A DNA stretch of 64,000 nt from Raillietiella orientalis (Eukaryota). Made by a program: the position numbers and the translations under genes. Below are positions 24,245-35,700 of the stretch, piece after piece. The DNA lies in the NCBI GenBank assembly GCA_036172245.1, contig JAYWIR010000008.1:2232001-2296000 (forward strand), written 5' to 3'. How positions within the stretch are numbered: the stretch's first letter is position 1; the number at the start of each line of letters is the position of its first letter. Under the pieces are notes generated by a model. It had not been told where the DNA came from and did no database searches. It saw only the letters and a list, made by a program, of their open reading frames with translations.

Positions 24245-26678
24245 GTTAAGTACTGAAGAACCGTTCGCTTAGGGGCTCACGAAGATCTTTCACACTGTTC
24301 CACGCCACCCTGAGAGTACGTGCCAACTCTTCAAGTTAGGGGGCACCCTAGGAGTGGACCATCCTATGAATCCAGGAAGGCTTCATAGGAAGGAGTTTGC
24401 TCCTCTTACGATGGAGTGGGAGCACCGAAGGGAACCACCTGTTCCTTATTCTCCCCGGAGGGAACTGGAAAGGATCCGCTTCTGAATTTCTTCTCCTTCC
24501 TCCTCCCTCCTTCTTCCTCCTTATCCCTTCTTCTTCTTTCTTCACCTCTTACCTTCTTTTTCCTCCGTCTTCCTTCTTCTTCCTCCTACTCCCTCCTTCG
24601 GAATGAACACGCAAAGGAACTGCTCCTTGTTACTCTGAAGAAAACCTCGAAGGGACGCTTCCTAATTTCTCTGGAGGGTGTTCCCAGAAAAGAGCAGAGC
24701 GCCTCTGATTTTCTGGAGAGGCATCCCCTAGGGGGCATCAATCCACTCCATGGATAGGCTCTCTATTCACAAACGGAGGGGAATTCTGAAGGGAACTAGC
24801 TCCTTGATTTCTGGAAGAACCCTGGAGGGTCAACTTGTAATCCCGACCAGTCACCGGAAACATCCGGGAATTTCCGAATTCCACAGGTGCCGCACCTTCA
24901 GAAAGCACTGCAGGTGCTCATCCCGTTCCAAAGAGGGAGGTTTTACCTACCGGAACGGGCCGCGGTGTGGAACACCTTCGTGGCCTCCTTCCTCCATCCC
25001 CTGCTTTGTGTCTGTCCTCTGCCATGCAGTATTAGGAAGCGGACAAAGGGCCTCTCCCGGATCGCCCTCTAGGGAAAAGGGAGACTCCGGGTCTACCTAA
25101 AGGACTTGTGTGCTCCACTCGTGGACGGCAGCCCAGGACTCCGTCTGGCTCTGGAGCGAATGGAGCTGAAGCCCAGTTTCGAACACTCACCCTCGTGACA
25201 AACCTCTGGAGCACAACCTGGTGCCAGCCTGCACGTCTCCTCATCCAGCAATCCACCGGCAGCGGGAAACTCGCGTCTTTCCTTGTGCGCCGTCCGCGCA
25301 GTCTCATCCACTGCGGACTGCACCTATGGTAGGTGGCAGTTCTGGCCAAGAAGAAGGAATGGATTTCGTGCCGCCCCTTGAACGGTAGCTCCTGGTTGCA
25401 GAAAACCGTTCGCACGTGGGCTAGGATCCAGGAGCCAAGTGCGGATCCGGTGCGAAGGTTCCTGTACGCGCACAACAACTGCACGCCCCGGGAGATCCTG
25501 GAAAATCCCGTGAAGGGTGCGTAGGCGAGCAGAACCTCCCACGCTGCCGCGCTGCCCTCCCTTAGGGAGCACATGGGCAGCAGCCTCACGGCTAGATGGA
25601 AGGTTACTGTGGAAATCTCTGGAAGGGAGATAGGACTGGGCGGGTGGACGACGGGCCAGCTCGCTGATGCTGCGACTCGGAGTGCTCGACTTCGTAAACT
25701 TTTGCGCAGGGGCGTGCTACTAGGACTTCCGACGGAAGACTTGCAGTGGTCCCCGGTGCTCATTAACACCCACATCCTCCCCTTGAAGTGGCCGGAATCG
25801 ACATTGATGCCACTGCACTGGAGCCTCCCGTGCAACGCCCGCCAGCATCATTGGACACGGGGGGTGAGGGTGGACCCAAACTGTGCCAGGTGCAGGGAGC
25901 AGGAATCCCTCCCGCACCTCCTAGTGGACTGTGTTGTCCTCCGGCCCCTTTGGAGGCGCTTTGGAGCGACCCTTGGAAGCCCCGGAGGCAACACCAGAGA
26001 CGTGATGAGGTTCCTCTCTGTGCGAGACGTCCTGCAGTCAGCCACAGCCTTTGCAGCACTTTGCTACCTTCGTAGGATCATGGCGGCCAGGAGAGACGCC
26101 AACGGAAGAGCCAGCGACAGGGACGCCATCCACTTCGCTCCCCACGTTTTACGAATAGAGACCAGACGTTCCCACCTGGACGTCAATATCAAGCAAGACC
26201 TTGCCGGAATCCTCTGAAGGATGCAGAGAACCACCCCCAACAGGACATGATCCCATCTCGCACCACCACTCCCAGAATTGTTTTATTTTTGTTTTGTTCA
26301 TTTTTCTTTTTGTTTGACCTCTCCCCTCTGCTGTCGTGGTTGTCCTCACCAGTCTGCAAACCGGTAACACAGCAGTGTATCTACAGAAAGGACGTGGTTG
26401 GACCGCTGGTCCAACCACAAAAATTGTAAAGTGTTTATTTTATTTCAAATAAACGCACCGGCGAACCCGGGTGAAAAACCAGTGCCTCACCCGAATATAA
26501 GCCAATCAACGTCGTCCTGCGGGGAGGGGATCGAAAACCCACGACTCGACCATTTCTCGACCCGAAGCGCTTGACAGCAGGGACGCGTGACGCTTGACAG
26601 CGTGTCCGCCGATCCTCCACGTGGGGATTCGAACTCGAAACGCTTGGCACCACGCACGGTGACTGCGGCCACGCGGTC
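24245..26678 (-). mobile_element. tRNA-derived SINE, copy S3, interrupted by an antisense LINE fragment at 24897-26478
   Basis: Head on minus strand 26678-26480 with GAGTTCGAATCCC (26636-26624). Body continues 24896-24245 with the same conserved blocks and contains a TC-rich expansion at ~24485-24600. Confidence 0.75.
24897..26478 (+). mobile_element. Family T LINE, thumb/linker/CCHC/3' UTR, inserted in SINE S3
   Basis: RAAVWNTFVASFLHPLLCVCPLP...RVYLKDLCAPLVDG (L1/Tx1 post-RT motif), zf-RVT-type PNCARCREQESLPHLLVDCVVLRPLW, stops and frameshifts. ~13-bp TSD at 24884-24896 and 26479-26491. Confidence 0.82.
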
Positions 26679-27049
26679 GCCAATGCGGGCGTCGTTTCCA
26701 TCCGTTGCCCGTCAGTGGCTTTCTCTTCCATTCCTCCTCAGCGCTGCGTAGGACTGGAAGCGTCGTCCTGCTCAAATTCTAGTCGGTGGGTCAAGTAGAT
26801 GTCACGGATTCGCAAGGCCACCATGAGTTGCCTCATTCTCTCTCTGCATGCAGCCTGGGGACACCCCATCTTCTTGAGACCCCGTCATTCCGAAGGATGT
26901 CCAATTCCAAGGATCCCTCCGGGAGACTTGGCTGGCAGCAGCACCTTGAGGCTTATCCTCCTTTTGCTTCCTGTAAGTGTCAAATGCCTCTTCAGCGTTC
27001 CCAAACAGGAGGGCGGCACATGACAGCACCATCCTGCTGCCCTTCAGTC

Positions 27050-27540
27050 ACCGCCAGGTCCAGGAGTTCATGGGAACCTGCCAAGATGCCGGTGCTCAGA
27101 TCGGCTTGGTCCGCCTCATTAACAGAGGAGAAGGAAGGGGAAACAAAATAAAAATAAATAAACAAGCATGAAAAACTTGTTTGAGACAGATTTGGGAGGG
27201 ATCGCGGTTCCCGGAGGGGCGTCCTCTGAAGAAGAGTTCCATCCTTGTATCTCCCAGATGGAATCATCTTGTTGCGACCCTCAGCAAGAGTTTCGTTAAG
27301 AGGATGGCATCTCTGTCCTGGTCTTTTCTGGAGACGCCCATGAAATCCCCTATCTCTAGGGGATGGCAAACAACTGCTAAGTACGCGACTGGCGGCAGTG
27401 CACAGCACGCAGGAAGAGGCGTTTATCCATGTCCTTGAAGTTGCCCAGCGGGAACCAGAGGAGCATGGTCGGAGGGCAACACAGGCCACAAGCAGATGCC
27501 GAAGGGTTTCAGCTTTCCCCGGACCTGCCACAGTTTGATT
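27050..27540 (-). mobile_element. Family T LINE 3' fragment
   Basis: ETLRHLLVACVALRP, followed by the T-rich tract and a degenerate UTR hairpin. Confidence 0.65.
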
Positions 27541-28899
27541 TCACACTCCCCTGGGCCAATGATGCAGGAGCGCGTGGCAGATACCCGGTACCCGGTGCCC
27601 GAGCGAAGGACAGCCTCTCTGCTGGATGGAATACCTGCAGACTCCGCCGCCGGAGATCGTGACCGCCCTGGACTGCTCCGTGGCTCCCCCTCCTCAGGCG
27701 GCAGCACGAAGAGGCTTTACTGTTCGCGCGCAGGGGGCTTCTCGTGTAGCCAGCGTCGGCATCTCTGGACGAGGGGGAGCGCCTCTCCGAGCTGCGGCAT
27801 CTGCGGGAAACTGGACACTTTTACGCACCTGTTGCTCAAATGAGGTGACCTTCGGAGCGCGTGGAAACGCCTCGCGGCTGCTCTACTCCGTCCCGCAGGC
27901 GCTCCGGAAGAGCTGCTACGGCTCTGATTCACGCGGGATGGACTTTCGATTTCTTCCCCGGTCGCCCGATCCTGTGCTGCGCCAGGAGGACCATGGGGTC
28001 TCGGAACACCGAGGAAAGAGGGAGCGTCAGCAGAGAAGGAGGACCACACTCCCCGTCCTCGCAACAATGGAACATGAGGTCAGGTGGTTTGTGAAGGATG
28101 CCAGGGTGAAGGAGGGCACCACTCTAAAAGGAGGCTGGAACTGTGCGTAAGTAACGCGAGAAATGGAGCACCTTCTTGGAACTGTCCAGGTGCTCTACCC
28201 AGAGGAGCAGTCCTTTGAGTGGGGCACTCGGGTCGCAGCTTCCGAAGGTTCACGTGTTGACCACCCACCAAAAGGTTTCCCTTTTCCTGCAATGTTGCAC
28301 AGTGACGTCCCACATTGCCAGTGTGCCACCGGCGTGGAACGATGTAGGATCTGTTCCGTGTGTTAACAAACGGCTGCGCCATTTTGACTGTTCTCAGAAG
28401 GCACAACAATCAGCCAGCTAATTGGTTGTCTGGATCAAAGGTTGCACTGTTTCTGTGATTCTGTAATTTCAAATTCAACATCATAGCGGAGAACCTATGA
28501 TGAGTTCAGGGCTCCTCCTTACCTGCAACGATCCCGCCTCTTCCCCTCCTTTCAGAGATGAAAAGTTCATGTCTTCCGATGATTTTCCACAAGTCTGTGC
28601 ATTGGTCTTTCCCGGAAACCACGCCAACCCTGCAAACCAGAGTTCCTCTGGTTGGCAGTAATACAATGCAAGAAACTATACTGGGGATAGGAAACTGGAG
28701 AGGCAGAAATCCAGGATGTGAAGGACGGATCTCAGAGGAATCTCACACTCAATTTTCTTGTTACAGAAAAGTGGCTGGAAGATATGCAGACCAGCATCCC
28801 GGAGGACAGATGATCTCTTTCCCCTCTCTCCCTCCCATGGAGACAGCGGCCATACCCCAGCTCTGCTGGCACTCGTCTTGAGCTTTTCGAACCGTGTCG

Positions 28900-31800
28900 A
28901 AAAGCGCCAAGGTCTTCACTTGGCGTCCCATGGCTCTCGTGAGCGAAGGGGGGCAGGGCAACCATTCCTAACCGGTGAGCAGGCGGCCGTCGAAGTTCCC
29001 TGACGCTACGTGAGAGGTCGCCGAGAGCACCGAATGCAGTCAGTCCCTCTGGAGTGACTCGTAATCATCCGCCTGAAGCTCCAGCCTTTCGGAACCTCCG
29101 ATCTCGTACATCAGGAAGCTCCAGATCTCTCGGATCTCTTCGGTTGCGACGAAGACACCCGATGGAGTGACGGAAAGCTGCGACACCGAGCTTCTCGCAC
29201 GGATCCAGCGAGTCCAACAACTCCATAGGATGGCAGCTCCAAATTGACCGAGCGGACTTTGAGGTCCAAGCAACGGTCTCCTGGCTTCGGTCGGTCCCTT
29301 GGAAACCAAGGACTTCTTCTCCCTGACACGCTGACACTCGCGTCGAAGGAAGTCGCAGCGCGCGCGGAGCGGGGAGCTGCGACTTCCTTCTTCAGCACGA
29401 TTTGGCAAGTGTCCATCCACGCGAGAGAGCCATCTTGGCCATCAAAAAGTCCTTTGCTGAGGAAAATGCGCGAACGAAACCATCCAGGAGCTCCAGACGT
29501 GACCTCAAACTAGCAGGCACCCATCGTAGCGAACGGTCAGAGGCCTTGAGGCTGCAATGCTCCTTTCCCACGCTCATCCTCAAGCTCGGAAGGAACGAGC
29601 CGTCCGCCTGGATCGGACGCTGCAGATCCAACCGATCGACCCGCCAGCAACGCCCAGAGGACCCGTTCCGCTAGGCAGAACTGGCACTGCGCGATGCTTC
29701 GAACGCGGGATCGCGGCGCTGCCCGGATCCCACGCAAGGCGTCGCTTGCCATGGCTGGAGACGGCAGCGGCCTAAGTCGACATCCACGGAGGAGCGAGCG
29801 CACACCGACTCGCTCCGCCGAGGCGATCGGCCCCGAGCGTGGGTGGGTGGCGGCTGTCCACCGTCGAGGCAGGCAGGCTGCTCCCCGCCGCCGGGACAGA
29901 ACCGCTGCTGCCATCTTCCGGGACCCACTGGCGTCGTCGGGGGTCGGCGAAAAGCGAGGTCACGACGACGCTCACGGAAAGCCGGGGGCCTGCAGCCGCC
30001 GCCGTCGGCGCACATCCTCCGGGGGTGCGTGCGAATGAGCCAGCGACGACCCGGAGGTCCGACGCGCTCAGCGGAACTTCACGACGATGGCTGCAGGACA
30101 CGGTCCTGTGGGTCCTTTGCCCTCAGGCGGTATGTCGCGCGGTGCGGACGGTCACAGGCGCGCAAATGATGGATGGTCTTTGGTCCGCTACGGTCGCCAG
30201 ATGGGCGAAGAGCGAGGCAGCAGCGCTACAGTCTGCTTCCCTGAGGCCATCTAGTCCTGGATCGCAAGAACCGGTTGCTGCCGGTAGGATCGAGTGAGGA
30301 AACCTGGACGGATCTCACGCGGCCAGGGCGGTCCCGCGTCTGCATCGGCCTCGGGAGACAACGGAGGAAGAACGGGGAAGGAGGGGAGGATGGGGACAAA
30401 CTACCGACTCTCCGCTCCCTGCGTCACCACCATTGGACCAGCCGCACCAGGTCGCACAATGCGCTTGCTGACCCGTGCGACCGCACGGTGCAGCCCCAGG
30501 AGCGCCAATGCGGACGCTTCGATTCGGTTGCACGCCAGTTGGACCCGCGGCTCTCTGTGAGTGGGGCTTCGCCAGAGGCGCCCGCCTATTTTCATGGATC
30601 CAGGCGAATCGGAACAAAGAAGAAATCCCACGTCAGTCGGCGGGACGGAGGCCTCGACGGGACGTGGCACGCGGAACCCCACGAATAGGCGTCCCCCGAT
30701 GCGAGTGACCTCGCCATCCGCGTCGGCTCTGAAAACAAGGCGTTGAACGTCCGGCGGGATAGGGCCGACCACGGTCGAAGAACTGGAAGGGTCTTCGCGG
30801 GAGGTCGCGCACGGGCTGAGACGCGAACGCACGCGCGCCACTGGCCGTCCGCTCCTGCGGCCATCCGTCTTCGGTAGGAGTGGTTCTCAAAGGAGAACGG
30901 GGACGAGAGCGCGCGGAATTCGACCCGACGCCCTTTCGAAGGCGCGACGCGGCGGCCGTACCCCTTCCTGGTGCTTCTGGGAGCTTCTTCCCTCCCTCCG
31001 GGCTTCTGCTCACCTGCTGAAGGTCGCACGGGCGTCTCCTTCGAACGCGCGGAGGAATGCCGCTGGAGTCATGCACCATGGCCTTTTCAGGATCCGGCGA
31101 CACCGGTCCGTCCCGTCCTCCTCCGGACCCCGTGAGTAACTCCGAATTTCCCGCCTGATGGTGCCAACCCAGCTGCCCGTTCAATCGCACTCCGGTCTCC
31201 TCCTCCCACTTGTCGGCGAGTGCAGGTTCGTGGCCCGCGGCGGGAAGCAGGCGGGTGCACCTTGCGCTCCTCACCGCCCCACTCGCCCTCCGTTCTCGAA
31301 CGTTCGCCGCCGTGCGAAGTTCGCTCGAATGTTCGCTCCCTGCGGATTCCGCAGTCTCGTCGGTGGATTCGGAGACGGGCGAATCCGCGCACGGTCATCT
31401 GTGAAAGGGGGGTGGTGTGCAGGCTGCGCGACCAGCACGTGCTGATGGACCACACCGCATCGCTCGGGGGAAATTCGTCCGGTTCTCGGATGCGGCGCCA
31501 CCCCTGCGTTCTCGGATGCGACCAACGTTTTCATGGTCAGCAGATTCGTCCTCGATCCATCCGAGTCCCAGGCGCACAAGATGCGAAGAGCCACCGACGC
31601 CTCGCGCTCGGTGGTTGTCCTCCCTCCGGCGCCTTCCGCTGCGCGGGGGTTCGCCGAGGGGCCGCAGCTGCGGTGGGAAGAAGCAGGAAGGCAGGTTCCT
31701 CCCTTCGGTGGGCCCTCGTCTCCGTCAGGATCCGGTTCCGCGCCTGGGGAGAAGACCGTGTTCACCCTGGATGCTGTCCGTCCCACCGAGAGTACCTCCG

Positions 31801-32050
31801 GCGCGTTCGGGAGCGCGCCGGGAGGAGAGGAGGAAACTGCGCACCTTTGTCGACCATGACCACGGCCGTCCAGGTTTCCGTCCGAGCCTTCCTGCTGTGC
31901 TCTTCAGTTGTCCCGGGGAATCCCCCTGGGTGCAGAAGTGACGCGGGATCCGAAGGCACTCGAAACCGCACCTCGAGATGAGCAGCCTCGGGGTTGCCCG
32001 CAGCATCCAACATGGCCGCCACCACGTCTGTCAGATTCCGAGGGAGATCG
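28900..32050 (-). mobile_element. Old GC-rich LINE ORF2 remnant spanning RT and thumb
   Basis: In order: NLLTMKTLVAS..RISPERCGVV, VSPDPEKAM (for SLDxEKAF), ALSSPF, RVRSRLSP, LVFRADADGEVT (for YADD), ERVLW..GKGAL. Many frameshifts. Confidence 0.5.
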
Positions 32051-32086
32051 GGACGTCTTCCTCCCGAGAAGGGACCTCCCTCGACG

Positions 32087-32710
32087 ATGCTACCCGGATA
32101 CGCCGGGACGTTTATTTAAACTCTTCAAATAGTCATGACAATACGTGGTACAAGGCCCCACTAACGGCCAACATTTAACAGGACCTGCCGCTACGCCGGT
32201 ACGCAGACCAGTGTGACTCTCCTCGGCAGTGGAAGGGGATGGGAGAAAAAACAAAAAGAAAAATAAAACGAAAAATGGAATTTGGAGGGCGGGGAAGGGA
32301 TCACTGACCACTGGGAGGAGGGTCCATCCTTTGAAGGATGCCCTCGAGGTCCTTCTTCAGTCCAACCAGCTGGGGCCATCCGGTAGCTCTCTGCAGGAAG
32401 CGAACAGCATACGGGATGACGGCCCTCTCGTTAGCGTCTTCATCTTCGGCTTCACTCCAGGCCGCCACAATCCCACGGATGCAGAGAAGTGCTGCCAGGG
32501 CTGCGGCTGGCTGCAGGGCGTCCCACACGAAGAGAAGGCGGTAAACGTCTCTGAGGTTGCCGCCAACCGGTATCCCAAGGGTCGTTCGGAAACGCTCCCA
32601 CAAGGGCCGGAGGGCAGGACAGTCAACTATCAGGTGGGAAAGGGACTCCCGCTCCCCGCACCTGGCACACTCCGGGTTTACTCTCCCCCTCAACTCGCGC
32701 ACCAGGGTGG
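32087..32710 (-). mobile_element. 5'-truncated family T LINE 3' end, close relative of 7010-7569
   Basis: PECARCGERESLSHLIVDCPALRPLWERF...LEGILQRM. End AATAAACGTCCCGGCGTATCCGGGTAGCAT. ~9-bp TSD CC(C/T)TCGACG at 32078-32086 and 32711-32719. Confidence 0.8.
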
Positions 32711-35700
32711 CCTTCGACGTGGGAGGTCAAGAAGAGCCGGCACCAACCGATGCGGAGGTGGGCGGACGGTTTACGGAAACGACCTCATGCGGACAGGGCA
32801 AGAAGATGTATGAGACGTGCGAAGTTGGCGGAGATCCTGGACTGCCTCCGTTCTCGGCAATCCTTCCGCTCTCCCGTCGAGCAGAGCTGCTTCGCGTGCG
32901 TTCCCGCAAGACGTCGTCATTGCGAGGATCCGAAGAGAGCAGCAGGCTGCCTGCGCTCAGGTGCCGGCGGGTGAAAAGGGAAGGAGGGCGCTCGATCCCA
33001 AGGCTCCCGCACGCATTCGAAACTGAAAGGAAAGGAGGAGGGAAGATGTGGATTCCTTTCCCTCGCGCGCGCCCCTCCTTGGACACTGTCGGTGAGGTGC
33101 ACAGCGCGCGCGAGGTCGCATGGCCTTGCCTCGGGACGTGGTCAGGTGGCAACGGTGATCTCACCACCGTCTGGCCGTGTATCCTGACTGCTGGCCTGGA
33201 CTTCCCATCGTCTCTGCACCATCCCTTCTTGGCGCGTTCGGACCTTCAGGATGCCGCGCCACCGTCTGGTGCACAATTCAAGGAACAGACCAATAGGATC
33301 AAGCGATCCAGCCAAAGGGGCAGCGCGTCGCTTCCAGTGGAACGCCTGGCCGACGCGCTAACTGTTTCATAGCCGGAAGACCCTGTGCCGCGCGTCCCAG
33401 CAGCGGCCGATGCTCTCCTGAACGTGGTTGTCAGGCATTCGGGAGAAGGGACCGCTCCTGTGGAGGCAGCTCTGGGGACTCCCTTGAGACGCTCCTGGCT
33501 GCGTTGCCCTCGATGCAGGGACTCTGGGATTCCCCTCAGGTGGCGACGCGCGGCAGCTCCGTTCGATCCCGCCGGGCCACCCCTTGCAGGGCGAGCGTGG
33601 ACGCCACGTGACCAGGACGAGGGGACTTGATGGCCTTCGGCTCGCTCCGGGTGAGAGAATCGTTGTTTCTGGATTGCAAGGTGCCTCACCCCAGGTGAAT
33701 GCTCCCGGACGGAGCGCCTTTGCACTCCCATGGCGAGCGGAAGGTGCAGGTGGGCTGCTCCGAGTGCTCCGGGCCGCCAACCGCAGCGCCGCCTTCTGCC
33801 GCGTTCTCGGCGCCGTGGAGGCAGCCGGGAGCAGACGCGAGGATGACGGGGCTGCCGCGCTGACCCCGCAGTTTGCCACAGAGGAGGCCTGGCAGTGGCT
33901 CCTTCGGGACATCTAGGCGCCGGAAGCGGATTCGCACGCACCCAGGCATCTGCCTCCACGGGACGGCCTGGGATCCTTTCGCCCTCACCCGCGCGCGCGC
34001 ACGTTTGCGCTGCCATTGGTTTCTCGTTTGTGGGTCCATCCTGAGTAAGGGGGATGGGTGCCCGCGGTCAGGTCGAAGCCCGTGAGTTCCCCGATTCGCT
34101 CGCAGGGGGATGTCTTCCGGTCAGTCGCAGCCCGGATCAGCGCAGAGTTGGTGGCTCTTCCTCTCTCCGCTTGCGTACGCCACGAACGCAAGCGCCGCCG
34201 TTTCTCAGGCGATGCTTGGATGACGAGCGGCAGTGGTGCGGTTTAGGAGGAGAGAGAGCATGGGTGGACTCCACGCACAAGGGCGAGACCGTCCGCCTCG
34301 CCTCTGCTACCTCCTCCGCCACCGGACAGACGCCGGGGCGGCGGTCCGCGCTTGACCTGATGGCTTCGACGGCTGCCGATGGTGAGCGCGCGGGAAGCGG
34401 CGACGCTGCGCCTGCTTTCGACGTCTGCAGAGCGTGCCTCGGGGGACGAGACCACGAGGCAGCCTGCCCTTTCGCCCTCTCGAAGATAAGAAGCGGAGAA
34501 GGTCACGTCGGGTGGAGGCGTTCAGGCGCCGGTAGCTCGCCGGCTGCCTTCCTTTGCTCGGGGGGGCATGCGGTGATGTGGAGGGGCGCCCCGAGCGGTC
34601 GGTCGCGGCGCGCTCCCCAAGGAGAGTCCGAGGAGAGCCGTCCGGGCTCCTCTCCAGGGAGGCTGCCATGCAACGGGGCAAGGGAGAGTCGCGAGCGCCC
34701 ACGCACGCGGTCTCCAAGCGTGTGACCACCCGCACTTGGAGCCTGCTCCGTCCCGCACGGCCTCCCTCCCGGCGAGGTTCGCCTCCTCCTCTTCCCCTTC
34801 CTACTCTCCCAGCGCCGCCTGTTGACCGACGATGCGGGACGCGGTCGCTCGGCAACCGGCCGCCGTGGACTTGACGCGTGCGACACTGCGCCCTCGAGAG
34901 GCGGAAGATCGCACCGCCGTTAGGGAGGCGGCTGCACTCCCCCTGCATTCTTGTTCGAGGTTTCCCTTCCTCTCCCGTTGTCGGAGGTACGACTCGCCGT
35001 TTTCGGAGGCAGGACTCCGCCTGACGGAGGCACAGCGGCGCCTCGAAACGAGCGCTGGCGGCCGCGGCGGTCCCAGGGCGCTGTGCAGAGCCTTGCGTCG
35101 CGGGTCGGAATGCCCTCGAAGGAGTGGACGGTGACCAGCGAGTGGTGCCCCTTGGAGGGGACGCTGCGATGGAGGATGAGGGCTCGGTAGTCCGCGCTCG
35201 TATCCGCGTCCTGATGCCCCGTGGACCAGCCCCGGCGATTCGGATCGGACCGCCTCCGTCGTTACCCCCTTCCTAACTCGCGCTCACCTTCTCGCGTGAC
35301 GGCGGAAGAGCCCGCACGTTGTCGAGCTGCTCTGGTGCTTACCCTGCGAGTGGCGACTGCCCTCGAGTAGGAGCCACCAGAGACGACAAGACCATCAACG
35401 GCAAAGAACAAAAAGCTGGGAGGGCGTGGAAGGCAGCAAGAATGCATCGGATCGAAGATGCATAAGCCTGGGACCAATGGTGGTAGCGTGCCCCTGAGGT
35501 CGCCGGTTGGCCTCTAAGAAAGTTAATGAGAACAACCTGGAGTATGGTATTTTATCCCCTGAAATCGGACCACCAGCTTGCGACGAACATTCGACGCTCA
35601 TTCAAGATATCAGTTTGCACTTTTACTCCTCTCACAGAATGACTGCTTCTCAAGCACCACTGTCCTTGCTGTAGCCTGGGTAGGCATAAAACTCGTAGTA

